A stretch of 64,000 nt of DNA from an uncultured Actinomycetes bacterium (GCA_963763815.1 CAVXPS010000019.1:15713-79712), one strand, 5' to 3'. Counted from the first letter of the stretch, positions 44,009 to 52,436 are shown. The notes: generated from the letters alone by a model not told the origin. Numbers and translations: made by a program.

Positions 44009-44027
44009 GCGGCCGCTTCGCGGCCGC
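44009..44027 (-). terminator. GC hairpin after sat (weak intrinsic-terminator candidate)
   Basis: GCGGCCGC-ttc-GCGGCCGC; on the minus strand it is followed by CTTTAGGGG. It lies 27 nt after the sat stop. Confidence 0.35.
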
Positions 44028-44053
44028 TCGGTTGGCGTGTCCACATCGCTCAC

Positions 44054-45190
44054 CTAGCCTCGGTAGGCGTCGATCAGAACCCGCGCGACGTCCGGTCGCG
44101 TGAACTCGACCGGCGGCACGTCGCCCGCTTCGAGCATCTCACGCACCTTCGTTCCCGACAGGAACACGCGATCCTCCGGCCCGTGCGGGCACGACTTCGT
44201 GCTCGCCATCGACCCGCAGACGTTGCACCAGAAGGTGTGCTCGAAGAACATCGGCTCGATGTCGAGCTCGTGCGGCGCGAACTCGTCGAAGATGAGCTGC
44301 GCGTCGTAGGTGCCGTAGTAGTCGCCGACGCCGGCGTGGTCGCGCCCGACGATGAAGTGCGAGCAGCCGTAGTTCTTGCGGCAGATCGCGTGCCAGATAG
44401 CCTCGCGCGGCCCCGCGTAGCGCATCGCTGCGGGGAACGCCGAGAGCAGGACGCGGTCCTCCGGGTAGTAACCGTCGAGCAGCGTGCGGTAGCACTCGAC
44501 GCGTACGTCGACCGGAACGTCGTCGGACTTCGTGTCGCCGACGAGCGGATGGACGAGCAGCCCGTCCACCGTCTCGAGAGCCACTTTCGTCAGGTACTCG
44601 TGGGCCCGGTGGATCGGGTTTCGGGTCTGGAACCCGACGACCCGCTTCCAGCCACGCTCGGCGATCGCCGCGCGTGTGTCCGCCGGATCGAGCGCGAGCT
44701 CAGGGAATGCCGGGGTCGCGCGCTCGAAGACGGTGACGCGGCCGGCGAGGTAGAGGGAGCGCTGCCCGTACAGGCGGGCGACGCCCGGATGCGCTTCGTC
44801 CTTCGTGCGGAAGCAGTTCTCCGCCTCGCGCTCCTTGTCGTACTCGTAGACCTCCTCGACGTCGAGCACCGCAACCGGTCGCCCGGACTCGTCGAGGAGC
44901 GCGACACGGTCACCCGTCGGCGCTGCATCGACGGCGAGGCAGACCGGAAGCGCCCACGGAAGGCCGCTGGTGAGATGCATGTCGTCGACGACGCGCTCGT
45001 AGTCCGCACGCCCCATGAAGCCCTCGAGCGGTGAGAGCGCGCCCGAGGCGAGCATGTCGAGGTCGGAGAGCTCGCGGGACGTCAGCTGGACGGTCTCGAG
45101 CGAATCGAGATCGCCCGGCCGCTCTCCCGTCCGGTCGACGAGCGAGCCGCCATGCGGTGCGATCAGGCGATCGGTGGCCGCGACCGTCAC
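44054..45190 (-). CDS. sat: Sulfate adenylyltransferase (ATP sulfurylase, homo-oligomeric Sat type)
   Basis: Contains VGFQTRNPIHRAHE, HPLVGDTKSDD and GRDHAGVG. GTG 45190 forms a GTGA overlap with the cysC stop. The N-terminal part of the track ORF is out-of-frame junk. Confidence 0.92.
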   Translation of the reverse strand: MTVAATDRLIAPHGGSLVDRTGERPGDLDSLETVQLTSRELSDLDMLASGALSPLEGFMGRADYERVVDDMHLTSGLPWALPVCLAVDAAPTGDRVALLDESGRPVAVLDVEEVYEYDKEREAENCFRTKDEAHPGVARLYGQRSLYLAGRVTVFERATPAFPELALDPADTRAAIAERGWKRVVGFQTRNPIHRAHEYLTKVALETVDGLLVHPLVGDTKSDDVPVDVRVECYRTLLDGYYPEDRVLLSAFPAAMRYAGPREAIWHAICRKNYGCSHFIVGRDHAGVGDYYGTYDAQLIFDEFAPHELDIEPMFFEHTFWCNVCGSMASTKSCPHGPEDRVFLSGTKVREMLEAGDVPPVEFTRPDVARVLIDAYRG

Positions 45191-45786
45191 GCCGACACCT
45201 TGGCCGGGACGAGCCCTAGCTCCTCGAGCCTCTCGAGCACGTACGCAGCAGATTCCTCGGGCGTGATCCCCTCTGTGTCCACGACGATCTCGGCCTGGGC
45301 GGGCGCCTCGTACGGGTCGTCCACGCCGGTGAAGCCCTTGATCTCGCCGGCGAAGGCCTTCGCGTAGAGCCCGTTCACATCCCGGCGGGCGCACTCTTCG
45401 AGTGACGTCCGCACGTGAATCTCGATAAACGGGCCATGCTCCTCGACAAGGGCCCGTGCGTTCTTCCGTGCCTGCTCGTATGGCGAGATCGCCGCCACGA
45501 TGACCGCGCCCCCGTGGCGGGTGACGCGCGAGGCCACCCAACCCAGGCGCTCGACGTGGGCATCGCGGTCTTCCTTCGAGAAGCCCAGGCCTTTCGAGAG
45601 GTGCGTGCGCACGGTGTCACCGTCGAGGTACTCGACGACGAGGCCGCGGCTGTCCATCTCGGGACCCACGTAATGCGCGATCGTCGTCTTTCCTGAGCCC
45701 GACAGGCCCGTGAACCAGAGCGTGAAGCCGCCGCCACGATCGGTCTCGGACTCGGGGTGCTCATGCGCATAGATGTGCTGACTCAT
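45187..45786 (-). CDS. cysC: Adenylyl-sulfate (APS) kinase
   Basis: Reads MSQHIY...FTLWFTGLSGSGKTTIA (P-loop), LDGDTVR, FSKEDRD, AAISPY. ATG 45786 forms an ATGA overlap with the cysH stop. Confidence 0.92.
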   Translation of the reverse strand: MSQHIYAHEHPESETDRGGGFTLWFTGLSGSGKTTIAHYVGPEMDSRGLVVEYLDGDTVRTHLSKGLGFSKEDRDAHVERLGWVASRVTRHGGAVIVAAISPYEQARKNARALVEEHGPFIEIHVRTSLEECARRDVNGLYAKAFAGEIKGFTGVDDPYEAPAQAEIVVDTEGITPEESAAYVLERLEELGLVPAKVSA

Positions 45787-46520
45787 GCCGTCCTTTCGAG
45801 TTTCGTGTCTTCGTGAATGCCGCACTCGAGCTTGTCGGAGCCCGCCCAGCGCCCCGCGCGCTCCTCCTCGTCCGGGTTCGTCGGGCGTGTACAGGGGATG
45901 CAGCCGATGGAACGGTACCCGGCTTCGTGCAGCGGGTTGAAGGGAATCTCGTTCACGTCGATGTAGGCCCAGACCCTCTTCTCGTCCCAGTCGGCGAGCG
46001 GATGGATCTTGAAGACGCCGTAGCGCTCGGACCACTCGATCTTCTGGGTGTCCGCGCGGCTCGGCGACTGGTCGCGCCGGATGCCGGAGATCCAGGCGTC
46101 GTACGGTGCAAGGGCGTTCACGAGCGGCTCGACCTTGCGGATGTGGCAGCAGCGGTCCGGATCCCGCTCCCAGAGGTTCGCGCCCTCCGCGCGGTGCTGC
46201 TCCGCGACCGTCGGGATGGCCGGCTGGATGAGCTTCAGCGCGTACCTGTCCACGAGCCGGTCGCGTGTCTCGTACGACTCGCGGAAGAACAGGTGTGTGT
46301 CGAGCTCCACCGTGTCCATGCGCAGGCCGAGGTCGGCGACCATGTGCACGAGCACGGACGACTGCTTCTGCCACGAGCACGTCAGGCAGAGCCGTGGCCA
46401 GAAGAACGAGTGCGCCCAGGCGATGAGCTCCTCGGCCGACATCGCCTCGAAGTCGAGGTCAGGAAGCCGGGGCGGGCTCGTCGACGCGGGAACCGCCGTG
46501 GTATTTCGTGCGACCGCCAC
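45783..46520 (-). CDS. cysH: Adenylylsulfate/phosphoadenylylsulfate reductase, Fe-S cluster type (CC...CxxC plus ECGIH)
   Basis: 245 aa with SWQKQSSVL, RCCHIRKVEPL, GIRRDQSPSR, SIGCIPCTRP and KLECGIH. The CC and CxxC pairs mark the [4Fe-4S] APS-reductase subgroup. Confidence 0.9.
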   Translation of the reverse strand: MAVARNTTAVPASTSPPRLPDLDFEAMSAEELIAWAHSFFWPRLCLTCSWQKQSSVLVHMVADLGLRMDTVELDTHLFFRESYETRDRLVDRYALKLIQPAIPTVAEQHRAEGANLWERDPDRCCHIRKVEPLVNALAPYDAWISGIRRDQSPSRADTQKIEWSERYGVFKIHPLADWDEKRVWAYIDVNEIPFNPLHEAGYRSIGCIPCTRPTNPDEEERAGRWAGSDKLECGIHEDTKLERTA

Positions 46521-47345
46521 CTATGCGTCCCCGCTGGTAAGGAGGGGGCTCGCGGGGGAACCATGGGTTCCTCCGCGTAAGAGCACCTCCTTGAGTGTGT
46601 CGGCGCGCAGGCCGAGCCGGAGCGTCTCGAGCGCGATGACCTCGTCCGGCGGGATGTTCCCGAGGTTCACCTCGGTCCCGAAGTGGCGGACGAACCACGC
46701 CTGCGAGCTCTTCGTCGGCGCCTCCCAGATGAGGTCGTGGAAGCTCAGCGAGTGCTCGATCTCGTCCACGAGCCCCGTGCGCAGCTCGCCCGTCGGGCGG
46801 TAGATCCCGGCCGTGCCGCCCTCACGGCCCTCGGCGATCACCTTCCAGGCGCCCGCGTCGAGCTCCTCGCGCATCCACTGCACCCACAGGTACGGCGCGA
46901 TGTTCACCTCGGAATCCTTCGAGCCGACCTCGGAGAGGACGACGAAGTCCCGCGCAAAGTCGGTGATCAGCTCGAGCTTCGCGTCGCGCGGGATCTCGAG
47001 CGTGCCGTCCGAGATCTCGACGTGCGAGAAGCGGTAGTGCTCGAGCCAGCGTTTGAAGTCATCCATCTTGCCCTGGCCGTAGACCGCCTCGAAGAGCGTC
47101 CCCCCGCAGACGACAGGAGTGTCGAACGAGCGGTAGAGGGCGATCTTCTTCTCGAGGTTGTTCGTGACGTAGCTCGTGCCCCAGCCGAGCTTCACGATGT
47201 CCACGTACTCCCCGGCCGTGTCGAACAGCCCCTCGATCTCCCGGAGGTTCAGGCCCTTGTCCATGACGTGGGTCAGGCCGCGGGAACGCGGCTTGCCCTC
47301 GCGCGTGGGCACATCGAGGAAGGAGTGGTCAAGAGAGTCGTGCAT
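46521..47345 (-). CDS. comA: (2R)-phospho-3-sulfolactate synthase (ComA family)
   Basis: Reads MHDSLDHSFLDVPTREGKPRSRGLTHVMDKGL...YVDIVKLGWGTSYV...VCGGTLFE...HVEISDGT...VLSEVGSKD. A GGAGGA RBS sits 5 nt before ATG 47345. The TAG stop abuts the cysH GTG. Confidence 0.88.
   Translation of the reverse strand: MHDSLDHSFLDVPTREGKPRSRGLTHVMDKGLNLREIEGLFDTAGEYVDIVKLGWGTSYVTNNLEKKIALYRSFDTPVVCGGTLFEAVYGQGKMDDFKRWLEHYRFSHVEISDGTLEIPRDAKLELITDFARDFVVLSEVGSKDSEVNIAPYLWVQWMREELDAGAWKVIAEGREGGTAGIYRPTGELRTGLVDEIEHSLSFHDLIWEAPTKSSQAWFVRHFGTEVNLGNIPPDEVIALETLRLGLRADTLKEVLLRGGTHGSPASPLLTSGDA
46541..46577 (-). repeat. Solo hairpin module related to the intercistronic repeat (copy D, partial)
   Basis: GGAGGGGGCTCGCGGGGGAACC-atg-GGTTCCTCC resembles the GGAGGGGTGTGGGGAACC-ggga-GGTTCCCC module of copies B and C. 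It lies between the conserved end of ComA and the cysH start, and is read through as the ComA C-terminal tail. Confidence 0.55.
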
Positions 47346-47934
47346 AGATGTCCTCCAGCTTCTGGCGGGCTCGTTCCTGCACGTCGCGGTAGAGCGAGTT
47401 GCCGTGCGCGTCGATCCCGACGGTGAGCGGGCCGAAGTCCTTGACGCGGAACTTCCAGAGGCACTCGGGCATGAGCTCCTCCCAGGCGACCTCCTCGATC
47501 TCCTCGATCTGCGTCGTCTCGAGCGCCGCGGCGCCGCCGACGATCGCGAAGTAGACCATCCCGAGACGGTGCATCGGCTCGATCGCCTCGTCCGGGAACC
47601 CGCCCTTGCCGCAGATCGCGCGGACGCCGTACTGCTCGCCGAGCGGCTCGGTGAAGCGCACCATGCGCGCGCTCGTCGTCGTCCCGATGCACATCTTCTC
47701 GTAGCGTCCCCTGCCTTCGGAGTCTGTGCCGACCTTGCGGACGTTCGGCGCCGTATGCAGGAGAAATGCACCGGAGAGGTCCATCGGCGGCTCGACGCCC
47801 TGGTCGAAGATGCGGATCTGTGTCCGGTCGCGGATCCCGATGATGTGGCCCTGGACGATGACCTCGTCGCCCGCGCGGAGCTTCATGATCTCGGCCGGAT
47901 CGGTGACGGGGAAGGTGACCTCGTGCGTCCCCAT
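47329..47934 (-). CDS. Fe-S hydro-lyase beta subunit (class I fumarase / tartrate dehydratase C-terminal-domain type)
   Basis: Reads MGTHEVTFPV...GDEVIVQGHIIGIRD...LLHTAPNV...TTSARM...ICGKGG...VYFAIVGGAAAL. ATG 47934 follows a GGAGG. Confidence 0.85.
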   Translation of the reverse strand: MGTHEVTFPVTDPAEIMKLRAGDEVIVQGHIIGIRDRTQIRIFDQGVEPPMDLSGAFLLHTAPNVRKVGTDSEGRGRYEKMCIGTTTSARMVRFTEPLGEQYGVRAICGKGGFPDEAIEPMHRLGMVYFAIVGGAAALETTQIEEIEEVAWEELMPECLWKFRVKDFGPLTVGIDAHGNSLYRDVQERARQKLEDIYARLS

Positions 47935-48830
47935 CACGCCTCCCGGTCGTAGTCGATCGAGCCGTCGGCGGAGACGTGCGCGGTTGCACGGCGCGCGGCC
48001 CAGCACTGGTAGTTCACGGCGACGGGGTTGAGCGTCATGTGCGTGTCCGCGTGCTCGACGTGGACGGAGAGGACTGTGACGTCGCCGCCGAGCCCCATCG
48101 GCCCGATGCCGGTCTCGTTCAACAGCTCGTAGAGCTCTTCCTCGAGCTGCGCGACGAGCGGATCAGGGTTCCGCGTGTCGACCGGCCGTGCGATCGCCTC
48201 CTTCGCGAGGTGCATCGCGTAGTCCGCCGACCCGCCGATCCCGACCCCGACGATTCCCGGCGGGCACGGCTTGCCGCCGGCGTCGACGATCGACTCCAGC
48301 ACGAACTTCTTGATCCCGGTCACGCCGTCGGCCGGGACACACATCTTGAGGAAGCTCATGTTCTCCGAGCCCGAGCCCTTGGGGACGCACTTCACGTCGA
48401 GCCCGTCCCAGTCGGGCACGAAGTCCCAGTGCACGATCGGCACGCGGAAGCCGACGTTCGGCCCCGTGTTCTCGCGGGTCAGCGTGTGGACGGTGTTCGA
48501 GCGCAACGGATGCTCGACGGTCGCGCGCTCGGTCCCGATCTTGAGCGACTCGTAGATCCGTGCGGGGTGGAGCGGGAAGCCCTCGCCGACGCGGCAGTAG
48601 TAGACCGGGATGCCCGTGTCCTGGCAGACGAGGTTCTTCTCGTCGTCGGCGATGACGACGTTGCGGTGGATCGTCTCGAGGACGCGCTTGCCGGTGACCG
48701 ACGTCTCGCGCTCGCGTGCGGCGGACAGGGCATCGCGCAGGTCCTGCGGGATGTCCTTCAGCGCCCAGACGTAGAGGTACGCGGCCGCGTCCTCGACCGC
48801 TCCCGCGATGTCCGTGACGGTGATGCTCAC
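47934..48830 (-). CDS. Fe-S hydro-lyase alpha subunit (class I fumarase / tartrate dehydratase N-terminal-domain type)
   Basis: Reads VSITVTDI...LVCQDTGIPVYY...KCVPKGSGSENMS...CPPGIVGVGIGGSAD. GTG 48830 forms a GTGA overlap with the flavoprotein stop. Confidence 0.85.
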   Translation of the reverse strand: MSITVTDIAGAVEDAAAYLYVWALKDIPQDLRDALSAARERETSVTGKRVLETIHRNVVIADDEKNLVCQDTGIPVYYCRVGEGFPLHPARIYESLKIGTERATVEHPLRSNTVHTLTRENTGPNVGFRVPIVHWDFVPDWDGLDVKCVPKGSGSENMSFLKMCVPADGVTGIKKFVLESIVDAGGKPCPPGIVGVGIGGSADYAMHLAKEAIARPVDTRNPDPLVAQLEEELYELLNETGIGPMGLGGDVTVLSVHVEHADTHMTLNPVAVNYQCWAARRATAHVSADGSIDYDREA

Positions 48831-50068
48831 GCCGTCGCCCTCGCGGCAGCGGCGCGCCCTGCGCGCCGGCCGAACACCGTGCACTCGAGGAGGGAGTTGC
48901 CCATCATGCGATTCCTTCCGTGCGTGCCGCCCGCGATCTCGCCGCAGGCGAAGACGCCTTCGAGAGTGGTCTCGGCGTGCTCGTCGATGACGAGGCCGCC
49001 GTTCTGGTAGTGGAGGACCGGGTACGTGAAGATCGGCTCGGCGAGTGGATCGATGCCGGCGCCGCGATAGCGGCGAAGCATGTACGGGAGGGAGATTGCG
49101 GCGTCCTCCGGCGCGATCCGCGTCGTGTCGAGGAGGACCGCCGGCCGGCCGTCCGGGGTCAGCACGCCCTTCCCCTTCTCCACCTCGTCGAAGATCGCCT
49201 GCGAGACCGCGTCGCGCGCGCCGAGCGAATCCGTGAACTCCTCTCCGTCGGCGTTCAGCAGAACCGCGCCGTAGGCACGGGTCGTCTCGGGGATCGAGTA
49301 GCCCTGCATGGTCGCCGGCCAGGCACCGCCGTTCGGGTGGTACTGGAGCGCGTCGAGGTCGCGCTCGGCCGCCCCCGCCTCGAGTGCGACGCGCGTCACC
49401 TCGCCGGTCGCGTTCGGATGGTTCGTGGAGAGCTCGCCGCGCGCTTTCGCCTCGCGGAAGCAGCGGCCGCCGGCTGCGAGCACGACGGCACTCGCGTCCA
49501 CGTCGGCGACGCCGTCCCTCGTCTCGAAGGTCGCGCGCCAGCCTGCCGGTGTCGGCGCGATCGCGGTCAGTCGGTGGTGCGAGAGCACCGTGCCGCCGCC
49601 GGCCTCGTACGCCTCGCGCAGCGATCTGGTGATCGCGTGTCCCGTCCGGTCGCCGACCTGAAGGAGGCGCTTGCGGGTCGCGCCGCCGCAGCGGGCAAGC
49701 CGGTAGCCGCCGCTACCGGAATCGCCTTGGCCATTCCGGCCATTGGACGTCTCCCGGGTGAACTCGACGCCGAGCTCCTCGAGCCAGTGGATCGCGGAGG
49801 GCGCCTCGCTGGTGAGGACCTCGACGAGCCGCGGGTTCGCCGTCTCGTGTGAGCTCCGCATGACGTCCTCGGCATGAATCTCGGGCGAGTCGTCCTCGCC
49901 GAAGGCCGCCTGGATGCCGCCCTGGGCCTTTGCGGAGTTGCACGCTTGAAGCGTCGTCTTCGTCGCGAGGCCGACCCTGGCGCCGGAGTGCTCGGCAGAG
50001 ACGGCGGCAGCGAGCCCGGCCGCACCGCTCCCGACCACGAGCACGTCGAACGAAGGCGTCTCGGCCAC
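48827..50068 (-). CDS. FAD-binding oxidoreductase of the fumarate reductase/succinate dehydrogenase flavoprotein family (short, soluble form)
   Basis: 413 aa with DVLVVGSGAAGLAAA, AQGGI, LQYHPNGG and VFACGEIAGGTHGRNRMMGNSLLECTVFGRRAG. It lacks the C-terminal helical domain, and no Fe-S or membrane subunit is nearby. Confidence 0.85.
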   Translation of the reverse strand: MAETPSFDVLVVGSGAAGLAAAVSAEHSGARVGLATKTTLQACNSAKAQGGIQAAFGEDDSPEIHAEDVMRSSHETANPRLVEVLTSEAPSAIHWLEELGVEFTRETSNGRNGQGDSGSGGYRLARCGGATRKRLLQVGDRTGHAITRSLREAYEAGGGTVLSHHRLTAIAPTPAGWRATFETRDGVADVDASAVVLAAGGRCFREAKARGELSTNHPNATGEVTRVALEAGAAERDLDALQYHPNGGAWPATMQGYSIPETTRAYGAVLLNADGEEFTDSLGARDAVSQAIFDEVEKGKGVLTPDGRPAVLLDTTRIAPEDAAISLPYMLRRYRGAGIDPLAEPIFTYPVLHYQNGGLVIDEHAETTLEGVFACGEIAGGTHGRNRMMGNSLLECTVFGRRAGRAAAARATA

Positions 50069-50084
50069 GGACGGATCCTACACC

Positions 50085-50122
50085 ACATCGTTATCTCTGT
50101 CATTACTGATCTTTATGTAACT
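50085..50122. promoter_or_regulatory. AT-rich divergent promoter region (sulfur operon / CBS gene)
   Basis: This is the only AT-rich patch in this part of the window: ACATCGTTATCTCTGTCATTACTGATCTTTATGTAACT. It lies between GTG 50068 (minus) and GTG 50173 (plus). I did not assign confident -35/-10 hexamers. Confidence 0.4.
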
Positions 50123-50172
50123 CGCGTGGCGCATCACCGCGCGATCCTCGGCAACTGGCTAGACTCGCGCCT

Positions 50173-50580
50173 GTGGCGACGCTCGCCGACATCGTCAAGC
50201 CGGACTTCCTGACCGTCGCGCCCGAAGACACGCTCGGCGAGGTGGCCGAGCGCATGACGCAGAAGAACGTCGGCGCCGTCGTCGTGAAGGATCACGGCCG
50301 GCTCATCGGCATCCTCACGGAGCGCGACATGCTGCGGGCGATGGCCGCCCGCGTCCACACGAGCGACGCCCGCGTGCGCATGTTCATGACGGAAGACCCC
50401 ATCACCGCGTCGGCCGACATGGACCTCGATGACGCCGCGCAGGTCATGCTCGACAACGGCTTCCGCCACCTTCCGGTCGTCGAGGGCGCCAACGTGCTCG
50501 GCGTCGTCAGCCTTCGGCGCGTCCTCGGCGGGCGCCGGCAGCCGTCCCCGGAGACCGCTCCGGCTCCCGAAGCCGCCTAA
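50173..50580 (+). CDS. CBS-domain pair protein
   Basis: 135 aa with two CBS motifs: VGAVVVKDHGRLIGILTERDMLRA and FRHLPVVEGANVLGVVSLRRVL. Confidence 0.85.
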   Translation: MATLADIVKPDFLTVAPEDTLGEVAERMTQKNVGAVVVKDHGRLIGILTERDMLRAMAARVHTSDARVRMFMTEDPITASADMDLDDAAQVMLDNGFRHLPVVEGANVLGVVSLRRVLGGRRQPSPETAPAPEAA

Positions 50581-50583
50581 CGG

Positions 50584-51543
50584 CTACCAGATCGAGCGCA
50601 ACAGAGCCTCGGCGTCGTCCACCGTGACCGGCCGCGGGTTCGCGCGCGCGCCCGGACGCCCGACGACCGCCTCGGCGACCTCGCGCAGATCGCCCTCCCG
50701 GATCTCGAATCCGCGGAGCCGGTCGAAGCCGCCGAGCCCGGCGAGCTCCTCGACGCGCGCAGGCGCGTCCTCCGTCTCGAGCGCGTCGGCGAGCTGAGCG
50801 ACCGCATCGGGCACGACCGGCTCGTTGAACCGGAGCGCAGGCGGCAGCGTCAGCGCATTCATCGCGCCGTGCGGGAGCCCGTAGCGCCCGCCGAGCGCCT
50901 GGGCGAGCGCGTGACCGAGGAAGAGCCCGCGTTCGCCGAGAGCGCGGCCCGCGTGCAGCGCTCCTTCGAGCAAAGCCGTCCGCGCCTCGAGGTCGCGTCC
51001 GTCGGCGACGACCTGCGGCAGGTGGCGCCCGATGAGACGTGCGCCGGTCGTCGCGTCCTCGAGCGGCCCCGCGTACAACGCTTCGGCGGCATGCGCAAGG
51101 GCGTTGAGCGCGGTGCCCACGGTCTCGGCGCGAGGGAGCTCGAGCGTGAGGCGGGGCTCGTAGACGACTCCGACGACGCGGGCACCCGTGCCGCCCGTCT
51201 TGAGCCTGCGCCCCTCGTCCCGCATGCCGAAGAAGGGCGTCCACTCGGCTCCGGCATATGTGGTCGGGACCGCGACCACCGGAAGGCCGGTTTCGGCCGA
51301 CACCGCCTTGCCGGTATCGATCGCGCTGCCGCCTCCTGCTGCGACCACGAGGTCTGCCTCCTGCGCGGCTGCGATCGCCGCCGTCACCGTCTCGACCGGG
51401 CTGTGCGGGCGTACGCCGGTATACCGCGAGGTCACCGGCACGTCGAGGTCGCCGAGCCGCTCCGACGTCACGAGCAGTGAGCGCGCGCTCCCCAGCTCGG
51501 CGAGAAGCGGCCCCACCTCGTCGAGTCCCCAGCGGACGATCAT
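50584..51543 (-). CDS. Iron-containing alcohol dehydrogenase family protein (maleylacetate-reductase-like)
   Basis: The tail of the giant track ORF 50584..53958: MIVRWGLDEVG..., AAGGGSAIDTGKAV, VPTTYAGAEWT, LAHAAEAL, HALAQALGGRYGLPHG. ATG 51543 overlaps the LysR stop. Confidence 0.8.
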   Translation of the reverse strand: MIVRWGLDEVGPLLAELGSARSLLVTSERLGDLDVPVTSRYTGVRPHSPVETVTAAIAAAQEADLVVAAGGGSAIDTGKAVSAETGLPVVAVPTTYAGAEWTPFFGMRDEGRRLKTGGTGARVVGVVYEPRLTLELPRAETVGTALNALAHAAEALYAGPLEDATTGARLIGRHLPQVVADGRDLEARTALLEGALHAGRALGERGLFLGHALAQALGGRYGLPHGAMNALTLPPALRFNEPVVPDAVAQLADALETEDAPARVEELAGLGGFDRLRGFEIREGDLREVAEAVVGRPGARANPRPVTVDDAEALLRSIW

Positions 51544-52436
51544 GACGCGAGCCGCGGCGTCGCGAACTCGATGAAGGCGTCGGCGACCCGCGAGCGCGAG
51601 CGCCCCGCCGCCGAGGCCAGCGAGATCTCCCGCGTCGCTTCGAGCCCCTGCACGCGCGCCTCGGTGAGCGTCCCTGCCTCGACCTCGGACTCGACCGCCG
51701 TGCGCGAGATGAACGTCACGCCGTAGCCCGCCTGGACGGCCCGGCGCACCGACTCCTGCAGCCCGAGCTCGAGCCGCACGTCCAGGTCGCGCAGCCGGAC
51801 GCCACGACGGCGCAGCGCATCCTCGACGATCTGCCTGACGCCCGCTCCCTCCTGCATGAGGATGAGTGGCTCGTCTCGAAGCTCGTCCAGCGTCACCGTC
51901 CGCCCCGCGAAGCGGTGGCCTGGCGGGCAGGCGAGGATCACCTCGTCGGAGAAGAACGGCTCGAAGCGCACGCCGCGGTGACGGCGCGACGCCCCGACGA
52001 TGCCGAGCTCGAGCTCCCGGGCGGCGACGCGCTCGACGACGGTGTGCGTGTCTGAGACGGTGAGCGACACGTGGACGCCCGGGTTCTCGCGCTGGAACTC
52101 GCCGAGCAGCAGCGGGACGACGATCGCCGCAGGCCCCGTGGACGCTCCCAGCACGAGGTTCCCGCGCAGCTCGCCCTCGACCGTGGCGGCGACGTCGGAC
52201 TCGATCTGCTCCTCGAGCGCGAGCAGCTTCTGGGCCCCGCGATAGAGCCTCCAGCCCGCCTCGGTCGGCTCCACCCGCCTGCCCGAGCGGTCGAGGAGCT
52301 GCGTCCCCAGCCGCTTCTCGAGCGAGCGCACCTGGAGCGACACCGCGGGCTGCGTGACGCCGAGACGCTCGGCCGCCTGCGAGAAGCTTCGGCGGTCGAC
52401 GACGGCGCAGAAGGCCGCGAGTTGGCGCGTGTCCAT
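51540..52436 (-). CDS. LysR family transcriptional regulator
   Basis: 298 aa beginning MDTRQLAAFCAVVDRRSFSQAAERLGVTQPAVSLQVRSLEKRLGTQLLDR, followed by a LysR substrate-binding domain. Confidence 0.92.
   Translation of the reverse strand: MDTRQLAAFCAVVDRRSFSQAAERLGVTQPAVSLQVRSLEKRLGTQLLDRSGRRVEPTEAGWRLYRGAQKLLALEEQIESDVAATVEGELRGNLVLGASTGPAAIVVPLLLGEFQRENPGVHVSLTVSDTHTVVERVAARELELGIVGASRRHRGVRFEPFFSDEVILACPPGHRFAGRTVTLDELRDEPLILMQEGAGVRQIVEDALRRRGVRLRDLDVRLELGLQESVRRAVQAGYGVTFISRTAVESEVEAGTLTEARVQGLEATREISLASAAGRSRSRVADAFIEFATPRLAS

Noticed and set aside
46521-50068. Canonical coenzyme M biosynthesis operon
   Set aside because: Only comA is present. There is no comB, comC or comDE (archaeal route), and no aspartase/fumarase-superfamily plus PLP enzymes (bacterial Xcb route).
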